48,490 nt of DNA, from positions 1 to 48,490 of the forward strand of contig CANRDV010000002.1 in the NCBI GenBank assembly GCA_947629475.1, written 5' to 3'. The notes beneath the pieces were generated by a model. That model had not been told where the DNA came from. It did no database searches and saw nothing but the letters and a program-made list of their open reading frames with translations. This stretch comes from an uncultured Bacilli bacterium (lineage in GTDB: Bacteria > Bacillota_I > Bacilli_A > RF39 > UBA660). Below, in pieces: positions 26,257-35,824 of this stretch. Position numbers and translations under genes: made by a program. Numbering within the stretch: the first letter of the stretch is position 1; every line of letters begins with the position of its first letter.

Positions 26257-26710
26257 TTTCTTCCTCGATTTCTTTTATTTTTTCAATTCTTTTTTTATGT
26301 CTTTCTAAATTACTAAAATCTGTTTCAATAAAAGTATTAACCATATTAATTGCTTCTTTTAAAGGAGTATCTCCAGAAAATGCTATTACATTTGTATTAT
26401 TATCAAGTCTTGTATAACTTGCTTCAAGTGCATTATTGCATTTAGCACAGTAAACTCCTTTTATTTTATTTAAAGCAATACTAATTCCAATTCCACTTCC
26501 ACAAATAGCAACTCCAAAATCAATTGTTTTATCCTTAATATCTCGACCTAACATTTTAGCATAATCAGGATAATCACAAGATTCTTTTGAGTTTGTACCA
26601 TAATCAACAACTTCTAAAACTTTTTCATGATGTTTAAAGTTCTTAATAAGTTCTTCTTTTAGAAGATATCCACGATGGTCTGATGCAAATCCTAATTTTA
26701 TCTTATCCAT
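26249..26710 (-). CDS. rpiB: Ribose-5-phosphate isomerase B (RpiB/LacAB family)
   Basis: Motifs are GFASDHRGY and ICGSGIGISIALNK. The likely start is MDKIKLG at 26710. Confidence 0.85.
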   Translation of the reverse strand: MDKIKLGFASDHRGYLLKEELIKNFKHHEKVLEVVDYGTNSKESCDYPDYAKMLGRDIKDKTIDFGVAICGSGIGISIALNKIKGVYCAKCNNALEASYTRLDNNTNVIAFSGDTPLKEAINMVNTFIETDFSNLERHKKRIEKIKEIEEEND

Positions 26711-26779
26711 ATTTATCACCAACCATAATATACCATTTTTGTAAAAAAAAAGCAACTATAAAATGCTTTAATCCAAAAA

Positions 26780-27073
26780 TTATTTCTTTAAAGTTTTTAT
26801 TTCTAATTCTTTTTTTAAATAATGTTCCATTTCCATTATTTTATTAATTTCAAAATTAGATAAATTAAAGTTATTATTTTTTAAATCTAAAACATATTCT
26901 AGTAAAGTTTCATAAATTGCTTTATCATTAGCAGTTCTACTTTCTATTGTTATAATTCCATAATGTGCTACAACAACCATATAATATTTATACCAACTAT
27001 TATGGTCATTATTCCGATAATAATTATCTTTAACAATATTAATTTTTCTTTTTAATTCTTCTACATCAATCAT
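26780..27073 (-). CDS. Hypothetical 97-aa protein
   Basis: The internal ATG at 27073 is preceded by GGGAGGT. The longer ORF-track form overlaps rpmE and is unlikely. Confidence 0.45.
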   Translation of the reverse strand: MIDVEELKRKINIVKDNYYRNNDHNSWYKYYMVVVAHYGIITIESRTANDKAIYETLLEYVLDLKNNNFNLSNFEINKIMEMEHYLKKELEIKTLKK

Positions 27074-27104
27074 ATAAACCTCCCTTGCATTAAAAAAAGA
27101 CTTA

Positions 27105-27314
27105 TTATTCGCCTTTTTCAAATCCATATTTCTTATTAAACTTGTCAACTCTACCTGCACGAGATGCTCTAGTTTGTTTTCCTGTATAAAAAGGATGACA
27201 TTTTGAACATACTTCAACATTGATTTCTGGTCTTGTTGAAATAGCCTTAAAAGTTTCTCCGCAAGCACAAGTAACAGTTACTTCATAATTTTTAGGATGA
27301 ATATCTTTTTTCAT
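27105..27314 (-). CDS. rpmE: 50S ribosomal protein L31 (Cys-containing zinc-ribbon type)
   Basis: The sequence is [22 protein letters not shown]...[21 protein letters not shown] precedes the ATG at 27314. Confidence 0.9.
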   Translation of the reverse strand: MKKDIHPKNYEVTVTCACGETFKAISTRPEINVEVCSKCHPFYTGKQTRASRAGRVDKFNKKYGFEKGE

Positions 27315-27367
27315 TTTAATCTCCTTTCGCCATGACAAAAAGTCATAGTAATAAACTTTTCTTATGT

Positions 27368-27396
27368 AGTATACCAACTTTTTCTATAAAAATCAA
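27368..27396 (-). promoter_or_regulatory. rpmE promoter
   Basis: On the minus strand the -35 is TTGATT (27391-27396), the spacer is 17 bp and the -10 is TATACT (27368-27373). Confidence 0.5.
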
Positions 27397-27528
27397 GCAT
27401 TTTTTGCTTTAATTCGCTTATTTTTACTATTTTTATCAATTAATTCTATGCAGAAACCATAGTTTTATTATATTCTAAACATTTTTCTTCTAATAATTTA
27501 AAGTTACAACATCTATTAACTTTCGAAT

Positions 27529-27703
27529 AAAATAAAAGATTAGAGTATATAACCCTAATCCGCTTTATCAACTCCCGATTTAATGGCTGGGTACACCGCT
27601 TTATCAACTCCCAATTTAAGGGCTGGGTACACCGCTTTTTTTTGTTACTTTAAGAAGTAACTATCCTAATATATGCATTTCTGCATCACATAATTTCTTA
27701 TGT
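27529..27703 (-). ncRNA. Candidate small RNA or leader of about 175 nt containing a 36-nt tandem repeat
   Basis: The unit runs from a sigma-A-like promoter (27710-27738) to a hairpin plus U-tract (27529-27560). It contains three short 5' hairpins and then the tandem repeat. It holds no ORF. Confidence 0.3.
27560..27638. repeat. 36-bp tandem direct repeat, 2.2 copies
   Basis: Copy 1 is ccgctttatcaactcccgatttaatggctgggtaca (27560-27595). Copy 2 is ccgctttatcaactcccaatttaagggctgggtaca (27596-27631). A partial ccgcttt follows. The full copies differ at 2 positions. Confidence 0.85.
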
Positions 27704-27709
27704 GATATT

Positions 27710-27738
27710 AATATAACATTATTTTTAATTGAAGTCAA
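27710..27738 (-). promoter_or_regulatory. Sigma-A-like promoter immediately after the SGNH hydrolase gene
   Basis: On the minus strand the -35 is TTGACT (27733-27738), the spacer is 17 bp and the -10 is an extended TGtTATATT (27710-27715). Confidence 0.45.
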
Positions 27739-27755
27739 CACTTTTTTGTAACTTT

Positions 27756-28466
27756 TTATAAAGTTTTTTCAATCTTTTTAATAACTTCATTAGCAATTTT
27801 TAAATAACCTCGACTAGTTAAATGATAATCTTTTTCATTTGGTAAATAGTTTTTATCTTGTTTAATAGCATTATAAATATCAACATAAGTTATCTTATAT
27901 TTATCTGCTAAAGATTTATATTTATCATTTAAATAAGCAAATATTCTACTTGATTCTTTAGTATCTTGATAGGGATTATAATAACCTATTAAAATTATTT
28001 TGGTTTTTGATAAGGAAGTTATACTTTTTAATAAGGTATCCATATTACTTATCATAGTATCTAATTTAGGTTTTATACTATCTAAATTTTCTTTCGTATT
28101 TAATATTTCAACTAATTCATCCATGCCAATGGCAATTGTTACTAAATCTGCTTCCCTTAATTCTTTTTTGATATTATAGGTTTTATCGTCATATAAAACT
28201 GATTTATCATCTTTAATATCATCTATTAGTTCTAGAATAGTATAGTTATTCTTAGAATAATAAGAATTATATTTATGAAGTAAATCATTATTTTCTAAAT
28301 AAGATTTTAAATAGTCATTATAACCATAACTATGGTTACCATAAGAGTTTATTCCTTCATTGATTGAATCTCCTAAAGACATATAATCTATTAATTCATT
28401 ATCATTAGCTTTATAAATTATAAAAACTAAAACAAAGATTAAGACTACAACAAGTATTTTTTTCAT
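27756..28466 (-). CDS. SGNH/GDSL-family hydrolase with N-terminal signal/anchor
   Basis: Block I is MSLGDSINEG and the C-terminal block is DYHLTSRGY (DxxH). A hydrophobic N-terminus is present. Confidence 0.7.
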   Translation of the reverse strand: MKKILVVVLIFVLVFIIYKANDNELIDYMSLGDSINEGINSYGNHSYGYNDYLKSYLENNDLLHKYNSYYSKNNYTILELIDDIKDDKSVLYDDKTYNIKKELREADLVTIAIGMDELVEILNTKENLDSIKPKLDTMISNMDTLLKSITSLSKTKIILIGYYNPYQDTKESSRIFAYLNDKYKSLADKYKITYVDIYNAIKQDKNYLPNEKDYHLTSRGYLKIANEVIKKIEKTL

Positions 28467-28503
28467 TATGACCTCCAAAATAAAAGATTAAAGATATATT
28501 TTA

Positions 28504-29757
28504 TTATATTTCTTTAATCTCTATTTTAGCACCTACGTTTGTCAATTTTTCTACTATTTGCTCGTATCCTCTTAAAATATGTTCAATATTTTCTATTTCG
28601 GTGTCCCCATCTGCTACTAAGGCTGCAATTAGAAGGGAAGCACCAGCTCTAAGGTCGGTGGCACTAACTTTTGCACCTTTTAATTTGGTTGGTCCACTTA
28701 TGGTTATAGTTTTACCATCTTGTGAGATATTGGCTCCCATTTTGTTTAAGTAATAAACATTCATAAATCTATTTTCATAAATATTTTCTGTTACATGACT
28801 TTCACCGGTTGCTCTTGTTAAAAGAGTAGTGAATGGTTGTTGTAAATCTGTTGGAAAACCTGGATAAACATGAGTTTCAATATCTACCTTTTTTAATTTA
28901 TTTTGACTATCAATTATTAAGTAATCGGAATGAATATCAAGATTAGCACCCATTTCTTCTAACTTATCCGTTATACTTTTGATGTGTTCTGGAATAATGT
29001 TATCAACTTTTAAATAATCACCAAGTAAAGCTCCGATTATGGTATAAGTTCCAGCTTCAATTCTATCAGGAATTATATCATGATTTGTTCCATTTAAACT
29101 TTCAACTCCTGTAATTGTAATGGTACTAGTGCCGGCTCCTTCAATCTTAGCTCCCATTTTATTAAGCATATCTATTAAATCTACTATTTCGGGTTCTCTG
29201 GCTGCATTTGTAATTATCGTTTTTCCTTTGGCTAAAGATGCAACTATTACGGCATTGATGGTTGCTCCAACGCTTGGCATATCTAAATGAATTTTAGCAC
29301 CTTTTAAAACTTTCGCATCAATTACAAATAAGCATCCTTTTTCTTCAATCTTAGCACCTAATAATTTAAAGGCTTTTAAAGTTTGGTCAATTGGACGAGA
29401 ACCTATTTGACATCCGCCTGGAAAATACATTTCAACATGCTTAAAGCGAGCTAAAAGAACAGCCATGAAATAGTAAGAAGCTCGAAGTTTATTCGATAAC
29501 TCCTCAGGTATTTCTTTATTTTCTAAGTTTTTAGTATCAATCAAAAGACTACCACTGGCTCTTTTCACGGATACATTTAAATATTCTAAAGTTTTTTCTA
29601 AGACATCTATATCTGAAATATCAGGAACATTGCAAAGAGTTGTTACACCATTTGCAAGCAAAGTTGCAGGAATTAAAGCAACAGCACTATTTTTAGCTCC
29701 ACTTATTCTTATACTTCCTGTTAATTTTTGATTTCCTGTTACGTTTAATACTTTCAT
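28504..29757 (-). CDS. murA: UDP-N-acetylglucosamine 1-carboxyvinyltransferase
   Basis: Full-length MurA pattern, including ISGAKNSAVALIPATLLA and the active-site segment PGGCQIGSRPID. Confidence 0.9.
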   Translation of the reverse strand: MKVLNVTGNQKLTGSIRISGAKNSAVALIPATLLANGVTTLCNVPDISDIDVLEKTLEYLNVSVKRASGSLLIDTKNLENKEIPEELSNKLRASYYFMAVLLARFKHVEMYFPGGCQIGSRPIDQTLKAFKLLGAKIEEKGCLFVIDAKVLKGAKIHLDMPSVGATINAVIVASLAKGKTIITNAAREPEIVDLIDMLNKMGAKIEGAGTSTITITGVESLNGTNHDIIPDRIEAGTYTIIGALLGDYLKVDNIIPEHIKSITDKLEEMGANLDIHSDYLIIDSQNKLKKVDIETHVYPGFPTDLQQPFTTLLTRATGESHVTENIYENRFMNVYYLNKMGANISQDGKTITISGPTKLKGAKVSATDLRAGASLLIAALVADGDTEIENIEHILRGYEQIVEKLTNVGAKIEIKEI

Positions 29758-29785
29758 ACTTAATCACCACTATATTTTATTTGTT

Positions 29786-30622
29786 TTATTTATTAATGTT
29801 AATCTTGGAAGCAACTGTTTCTTTAATAGCATCAAAACCTGCTCCAATTATTTTTCTTGGGTCTATTACTTCTTTATTTTTTTCTATAAATTCTCTTACG
29901 GCTTTACTCCAAGCATCTTGAATATCAGAATTAATATTTATTTTGGTAATTCCTGCTTCTTTACATTTCTTAAGAACTTTTATATCTAAGCCACTTCCTC
30001 CATGTAATACTAAAGGAACCGGTACTTCATTGGCTAAATTTTCAATTAGTTTATAATCAATATTAAGTTCTCCCTTGTAAATTCCATGAACTGTTCCAAC
30101 ACTTGGGGCAACCGAGTCAACCTTAGTATCTTGGACAAATCTTACACAATCTTCTAAAGTAGTATTAGTTCCTTTTTCTAATTGATTATTCTTTAACTCT
30201 CCCATAGAACCAATTTCCGCTTCAACGGATACATCATTATTCTTGGCATATTTAACTACTTCCGATACTTTCTCAACATTTTCTTGATATGGTTTATTAG
30301 ACATATCTAGCATAACCGAAGTAAAACCAGCATCAATTGCTCGCATACAACTTTCAACACTTTTACCATGGTCAAGATGTAAACAAACATCAGTTTTTAT
30401 TTCTAAATCAACAATTAAACTATAAACTAAAGATGCAACAACATCATAACCTCCCATATATTTGATTGCACTTTCAGATACTCCTAAAATAACTGGGACT
30501 TTTAGTTCATCACATTTTTCAAGAATACATTTAGTCCATTCTAAATTATTGATATTAAAATGGAAAACTACTTCACCTTTTTTCTTAGCATTTAAAAGCA
30601 TTTTTTTACTATTAACTAACAT
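29786..30622 (-). CDS. fba: Class II fructose-bisphosphate aldolase
   Basis: Motifs are HLDHG and LVLHGGSG. The likely start is the ATG at 30622, 8 nt after GGAGG. Confidence 0.85.
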   Translation of the reverse strand: MLVNSKKMLLNAKKKGEVVFHFNINNLEWTKCILEKCDELKVPVILGVSESAIKYMGGYDVVASLVYSLIVDLEIKTDVCLHLDHGKSVESCMRAIDAGFTSVMLDMSNKPYQENVEKVSEVVKYAKNNDVSVEAEIGSMGELKNNQLEKGTNTTLEDCVRFVQDTKVDSVAPSVGTVHGIYKGELNIDYKLIENLANEVPVPLVLHGGSGLDIKVLKKCKEAGITKININSDIQDAWSKAVREFIEKNKEVIDPRKIIGAGFDAIKETVASKININK

Positions 30623-30694
30623 AATAATCACCTCCTAAAGAATACTACATTTTTTTTGAAAAGTAAAGAAAAAAAGCACATTTCGTGCTAATTT

Positions 30695-32224
30695 CTATCG
30701 TTTTGAAGTTGGCTCTTGAGATAAGCCATAGATATCTATACCAAGTAAGGCTTGATTGTAATAATCTCCATCAAATTCAACGATATCACTTCCTAATAAA
30801 CAGTAATTTCCCCAGCACATTTTTCTAATTGCCTCTTGAGCTTCATAACTTAAATCTGTAAAACGCGTACATACTTCTTGTCCATTAACAGTATATCTTA
30901 AAGGTTGATTGTAGTCTATACATCTAATCATTTCTCTTACAACTAAGTTATTAACTTCTTTAGCTTGAATTGGGTCTTCTAACATATATCCTAGATAAAT
31001 TATATCATTATTATAATCAGAAAACTTTTTAACATAACCTGCATCAATTGGATTTAAACCCCAGATAAGTCTTTCATAATGAACTCTTCTAGGTGCAACT
31101 GATAATTCATCATAATGGGCAAGGGGACTTTCTCCCTTATTTGCAAAGTAAAGTAATTCACTTAAATTTCTAGTTGTAATTTCATATAAACTTTCAATAT
31201 TAACTTGATTTATATTGGTATTATTATAATCATATACTTCTTCAGAACCTTCACTATCTATAATAGTAAATAATTCCATGCTATCTTCTGGATTATAAGA
31301 TAAAAATGTATATGGTTCAGGTTCTAATGATTTTTCATATGGTGTCATATAATTACTTGGAACGGAAGTTACAACTGGCGTTGGAATTGGTGTTGGAACG
31401 CTTGTAGGTACAGGAGTAGGTACTGGTGTTGGAACCATAGTTGGTACTTGAGTTGGAATCTGAGTTGGTACAGATGTAGGAACAAAAGTTGGAAATTCTT
31501 CTGAATCAGATATTTCAATTGATGGAGTATTTTCAATTTCCTCTTTTTCTTTCTTTTTACCACAACTATAAGCACCAAGGGCAATCGCTCCTGCCGTAAC
31601 TACTGCTAATAATCTTTTAGTCCACTTAAAGTTATTAACTTTTAAATTGTCTTTAACTTTATTAACTCCTCTTTCAATTAGTTCATCATCTTCATCTTCA
31701 AACTCATATTCATCATCGGCTCCATAGACTTTTTCACCATCTACTTTTTCAGGCATAATATCTTCAACTAATCCTTTAAAATTTTGAATATTCGTTATTC
31801 TATAAGTTTTTTCTATTTCTTGTTTACAAACTTCAAGTATTTTATCATAATCATTTATATTAGCATAATCATCTGCACGAATAATTTCACTCTCTTTATT
31901 CGCATATTCAACTTCAAAATATTCTTCATTATCTTCATGAATTGTTAACTTAGTAATAATGTCTTTTTTAGTTTCAAGTAAGTAACCATTTTTAATTAAT
32001 GCTTCTTTAATACCTTTTGTATCATTATTTCTAATTAACTCACTTAATCCATTTGGATAAGTTCTCATAAGTTCATTCATTAATTTATTCATATGAGATT
32101 TTCTGGATTCAGCTGTTTCATTAAAACCATAAGTTTCTGTTCCATTACTTCTTAAAGCAACAAAACCTAAAATATTATTCGTATCATTTCTTACAATAAC
32201 TAATCTAATAATTTTATTTTCCAT
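30695..32224 (-). CDS. Hypothetical single-pass membrane protein with a Pro/Thr-rich (VPTx) linker
   Basis: The transmembrane segment is LLAVVTAGAIALGAY, followed by about 10 VPTx tetrapeptide units and a C-terminal domain of about 220 aa. Confidence 0.6.
   Translation of the reverse strand: MENKIIRLVIVRNDTNNILGFVALRSNGTETYGFNETAESRKSHMNKLMNELMRTYPNGLSELIRNNDTKGIKEALIKNGYLLETKKDIITKLTIHEDNEEYFEVEYANKESEIIRADDYANINDYDKILEVCKQEIEKTYRITNIQNFKGLVEDIMPEKVDGEKVYGADDEYEFEDEDDELIERGVNKVKDNLKVNNFKWTKRLLAVVTAGAIALGAYSCGKKKEKEEIENTPSIEISDSEEFPTFVPTSVPTQIPTQVPTMVPTPVPTPVPTSVPTPIPTPVVTSVPSNYMTPYEKSLEPEPYTFLSYNPEDSMELFTIIDSEGSEEVYDYNNTNINQVNIESLYEITTRNLSELLYFANKGESPLAHYDELSVAPRRVHYERLIWGLNPIDAGYVKKFSDYNNDIIYLGYMLEDPIQAKEVNNLVVREMIRCIDYNQPLRYTVNGQEVCTRFTDLSYEAQEAIRKMCWGNYCLLGSDIVEFDGDYYNQALLGIDIYGLSQEPTSKR
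31380..31492. repeat. 12-nt periodic repeat encoding the VPTx tetrapeptide array
   Basis: The units are gttggaattggt/gttggaacgctt/gtaggtacagga/gtaggtactggt/gttggaaccata/gttggtacttga/gttggaatctga/gttggtacagat/gtaggaacaaaa. Confidence 0.8.
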
Positions 32225-32290
32225 AATTCCCCTCACTTAATACGAACATATTATATAATGAATTTAAAAAAAAGTCAAGTTTGTCTTGAC

Positions 32291-32812
32291 TTAAAAGTAT
32301 TTATCAATTATTTCTTTAACATAAAACTGATATGTTACATCTTCTGTATCTTCATTTCCTTCAAGAAGACATAGGGGAGGGAATAATACACACCACCAAT
32401 TATCACCTGTTCCTTGACCTAAAGTTATTACTAAAGATTCGTATTCTCCTTCATCATATAAAACTCCTTTATAATACTTTTTAGGAAAATAATTCTTTCC
32501 AAACTTAACATCATATTTATAATCAGTTGTATCATCTATTACAATATTTAATTTATCTAAATTTTTATTAATAATATTTCTTGCTTCTTCAATACTTTTA
32601 GTATCTTTAAGTAATTTAGCAAGTTCTTTTTCTACTTCTTTTTTAACTTTTAATTTTTCATTTATATCAGTTTCTTCATTAGAACTTGCAATTATTCTAA
32701 TTCTAATAGATTCTTTAGGAATTACTATATTATCATTTTTATTTTTAACTAGTATAACTACAACTAAAGCAATTATGGTTAATATTATTGTTTTTGTCTT
32801 CAAAAAAATCAC
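32291..32812 (-). CDS. spoIIR: Stage II sporulation protein R
   Basis: The motifs RIRIIASSN and GDNWWCVLFPPLCL are characteristic of SpoIIR. The start is GTG at 32812 or TTG at 32803. Confidence 0.8.
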   Translation of the reverse strand: MIFLKTKTIILTIIALVVVILVKNKNDNIVIPKESIRIRIIASSNEETDINEKLKVKKEVEKELAKLLKDTKSIEEARNIINKNLDKLNIVIDDTTDYKYDVKFGKNYFPKKYYKGVLYDEGEYESLVITLGQGTGDNWWCVLFPPLCLLEGNEDTEDVTYQFYVKEIIDKYF

Positions 32813-32845
32813 CTTTCATATTAATAATGGGTGATTTCTTCTTTT

Positions 32846-33682
32846 TTATTCATTTATTTCAATATTTTTAAAGATAAAAACCATTCGAGGATTACCTTCC
32901 ATATCTTTTTTGGTAATTATTTTAATATTTTCTAAATACTTATTAGCAAGATTAACTACATCATTTTCTTGTTTATAACCTATTTCAAAAGCTATTAAAT
33001 ATTTATCATTTAAGTAACATTCACATTTACTTAAAATTTTATCATAGTATTCTAAGCCATTGTTATCTGCAAACAAAGCTAAATGAGGTTCATTATCGAA
33101 AACTAGTTTATCTATTTCGTTATCTTGATAACTTATATAAGGTGGATTAGCAATAATTAAGTCATATTTATCATGAATATTTTGAAATAAATCAGATTCT
33201 ATTATCTTAACATCTAATCCTAATCTTTCTTGATTAATTCTTGCAACTTCAAGGGCATCAATTGAGATATCACTTAAAGTAACATCAAGATTCTTATTTA
33301 AATATTTTAAAGTTAATCCTATACAACCACTTCCAGAACATAAATCTAAAACTTTGATATTATTACTAAAGTATTTATTTAGATAATTATTAGTATTACT
33401 AACTAATTCTTCGGTTTCAAATCTTGGAATTAAAACTCTTTTATCAACATAAAAATCAAGTCCATAAAAGTTTGTACTTTTAAGAGCATATTGTAAGGGT
33501 TCTCCTTTTTCTAAACTTTCTAGTAATTCTTTAAATTTAGTTTCTATTTCTAAGTCTACTATATCATTTAAATGTAGATTTAATTCTAAAGGATTGATAT
33601 TTAATAAGGTTCCTAGTAATAACTTAGTTTGGTCTTTATGAACTGTCTTATTTCCAAGACAAAGTAATTCTTCAATCTTCAC
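32846..33682 (-). CDS. prmC: Release-factor glutamine methyltransferase
   Basis: The SAM-binding motif LDLCSGSGCIG and the IANPPY motif are present. The gene lies directly downstream of prfA. Confidence 0.85.
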   Translation of the reverse strand: MKIEELLCLGNKTVHKDQTKLLLGTLLNINPLELNLHLNDIVDLEIETKFKELLESLEKGEPLQYALKSTNFYGLDFYVDKRVLIPRFETEELVSNTNNYLNKYFSNNIKVLDLCSGSGCIGLTLKYLNKNLDVTLSDISIDALEVARINQERLGLDVKIIESDLFQNIHDKYDLIIANPPYISYQDNEIDKLVFDNEPHLALFADNNGLEYYDKILSKCECYLNDKYLIAFEIGYKQENDVVNLANKYLENIKIITKKDMEGNPRMVFIFKNIEINE

Positions 33683-34738
33683 TTATTCACCCGCAAGTTT
33701 TCTAATTTGGTCTTCTTTGATTAAAGCATCAATTATTGGGTCTAGTTCACCTTCCATAACTCTATCTAATTGTTTAGTTGTAAATCCGATTCGATGGTCA
33801 GTTACTCGATTTTGAGGATAGTTATAAGTTCTGATTTTTTCACTTCTATCCCCGGTTCCAATTTTGCTTTTACGAATAGCCCCGGTTTCCGCTTCTTCTT
33901 TAGCACTCATATAGTCATAAACTCTACTTTTTAAGATTTGGAATGCTTTCTCACGATTCTTAATTTGACTTCTTTCATTTTGACAAGTAACAACAATTCC
34001 GGTTGGAATATGAATCATTCGAACGGCACTATCGGTTGTATTAACATGTTGTCCACCAGCTCCACTACTTCTATAAATATCAACGCGAATATCACTTTCT
34101 TTAATATCAACTTCAAAGTCTTCGGCTTCCGGCATAACTAAAACTGTTGCCGTTGATGTTTGGATTCTACCATTGGCTTCGGTAACTGGTACTCTTTGAA
34201 CACGATGGGAACCATTTTCATATTTAAACTTCGAATAAGCATTTTTTCCTTTAACCATAAATTCAATTAAAGTATATCCACCACTTGTACCATCTATTGC
34301 ATTTAAAACTTCAACTTGAAAGCCACTTTTAAGAGCATACTTTTCGTACATCCTAAATAAATCACCCGCGAATATATTTCCTTCGTCTCCTCCGGCTGCT
34401 CCTCGGATTTCCATTAAAACATTTTTAACATCATTTTTATCCTTAGGTATTAGTAATAACTCTAATTCATGTTCTAAGTCTTCTTTTTCTTTTTCTAGTC
34501 TTGCAATTTCTTCCGTTGCAAAGTCTGCTAATTCTTTATCATTTAGCATATTCTTTGCTTCTTCTAAATCACTTAAAACATGAGAATATTTATCATAACA
34601 AGCAACAACATCTTCAATACTTGCAAGTTCAATTGATATTTCCTTAGATTTCTTAACATCACTTAAGACCTCAGGTTTCATAAGTTCTTCATTTAATTCT
34701 TCAAATTTCTTTTTAATTGATTCTAATCTTTCTAACAT
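33683..34738 (-). CDS. prfA: Peptide chain release factor 1
   Basis: GGQ is present in SSGAGGQHVNTTDSAVR, along with RVQRVPVTE. The likely start is the ATG at 34738, behind GGAGG. Confidence 0.9.
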   Translation of the reverse strand: MLERLESIKKKFEELNEELMKPEVLSDVKKSKEISIELASIEDVVACYDKYSHVLSDLEEAKNMLNDKELADFATEEIARLEKEKEDLEHELELLLIPKDKNDVKNVLMEIRGAAGGDEGNIFAGDLFRMYEKYALKSGFQVEVLNAIDGTSGGYTLIEFMVKGKNAYSKFKYENGSHRVQRVPVTEANGRIQTSTATVLVMPEAEDFEVDIKESDIRVDIYRSSGAGGQHVNTTDSAVRMIHIPTGIVVTCQNERSQIKNREKAFQILKSRVYDYMSAKEEAETGAIRKSKIGTGDRSEKIRTYNYPQNRVTDHRIGFTTKQLDRVMEGELDPIIDALIKEDQIRKLAGE

Positions 34739-34776
34739 TTTAGCCTCCATTCCTTAATCAATATATAAAGGGACTG

Positions 34777-35226
34777 CTAATTCAAATCATCTTCATCTAA
34801 AACAACTAAATCTGATAAGTCATCATCATCGTCATTTGCATCAAAGTCATCATCATCAACGGAAACATCATCTGTATATTCATCACCATATTCATCTTCT
34901 AACATCATGTCTTCTTCTTCATTATCAATAAGTTCTTCTTCCTCTTCTTCTTCCTCTTCTAAAGAGTCAACAATAACCTTATCAGATGTATGTCTCTTTC
35001 TTAAATCCCATACTCCATCAACTAAAATAAACCTTTTATCAGTTGCAAGGGAAGTATAATAATCTCCTATCTTATTTTCAATTGTTGCAACCGGTAACTC
35101 TAATTTAGTTACAATCTCAGTAAATAAATCAAGAGTATTAATTCCTTTCTTAGCATTCTCTAAAATCATAAATGTAATATCCTTATAAGATAAGTTTTCA
35201 ATATCTTCTTTTTTAATCTCTTTCAT
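34777..35226 (-). CDS. rpoE: RNA polymerase delta subunit
   Basis: An N-terminal HARE-HTH-like domain (..FILVDGVWDLRKRH) is followed by a long Asp/Glu tail. Confidence 0.8.
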   Translation of the reverse strand: MKEIKKEDIENLSYKDITFMILENAKKGINTLDLFTEIVTKLELPVATIENKIGDYYTSLATDKRFILVDGVWDLRKRHTSDKVIVDSLEEEEEEEEELIDNEEEDMMLEDEYGDEYTDDVSVDDDDFDANDDDDDLSDLVVLDEDDLN

Positions 35227-35242
35227 AAAATCCTCCATTTTC

Positions 35243-35578
35243 TCATTTTATCATTATAATTATCAAAAATATATCTTCATCAATCTTATATTTAACTTTA
35301 AAATAATTATCTTTATTTTCAAGTTCTAATATATTTATATTTAAACATATAGTTTTGTTACTACTTTTTTCTTTAATTAAAGTTTTTTCTTCGTTAAAGA
35401 GAAAAGTTATTTCAACATCATCATTTATTCTTTTTAAAATATTTTCATCTTTTTGTAATATCATCTTGGAATCTAAAGTTTTAAATATTAATTTTTTATT
35501 ACTTAAAATTCCTTTTATATTGTATTCATATTTTTCATTTCTTAAACAATATTTTACTAATAAATTTACTTTTCCCAT
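35243..35578 (-). CDS. Hypothetical 111-aa protein (YwiB/DUF1934-like by position)
   Basis: A small ORF directly upstream of rpoE, as in Bacillus. The family call is weak. Confidence 0.4.
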   Translation of the reverse strand: MGKVNLLVKYCLRNEKYEYNIKGILSNKKLIFKTLDSKMILQKDENILKRINDDVEITFLFNEEKTLIKEKSSNKTICLNINILELENKDNYFKVKYKIDEDIFLIIIMIK

Positions 35579-35639
35579 AACTCACCGACACATATAAAAT
35601 ATATATCGACTAGCATTATACCACAAATAGAGTAATTTG

Positions 35640-35661
35640 AACACATATTTTTAATATTTTT
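35640..35661. repeat. Left copy of a perfect 22-bp direct repeat bounding the 3.3-kb islet
   Basis: aacacatatttttaatattttt is identical at 38947-38968. Similarity extends 5 nt further upstream with 1 mismatch. Confidence 0.85.
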
Positions 35662-35747
35662 AATATTTTTACTTTTCTTTTAAAAAATAATAGTTATTTT
35701 CTTTATATTAATACTTTTAGTAATCATATTTATCTGAGGAACTAATC

Positions 35748-35776
35748 TTGACAATGCAATAAATTTATACTATAAT
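35748..35776 (+). promoter_or_regulatory. Consensus sigma-A promoter of the 562-aa gene
   Basis: The -35 is TTGACA (35748-35753), the spacer is 17 bp and the -10 is TATAAT (35771-35776). Confidence 0.6.
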
Positions 35777-35824
35777 AGGCAACTAAAAAAAGGGACTTAT
35801 ACTTATTAAAGGTGGTAATTTTAA

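Noticed and set aside
26780-27268. The 162-aa version of this ORF, which overlaps rpmE by about 160 nt.
   Set aside because: The N-terminal 65 codons overlap the well-supported rpmE gene in another frame. An internal ATG at 27073 has a GGGAGGT SD, so only 26780-27073 is retained.
27560-27638. Possible CRISPR array, since the direct repeat is 36 bp long.
   Set aside because: The copies are contiguous with no spacers, there are only 2.2 units, and no cas genes are in the window.
34790-34960. GAT/GAA-rich low-complexity repeat.
   Set aside because: It simply encodes the acidic C-terminal tail characteristic of the RNAP delta subunit. It is not a separate element.
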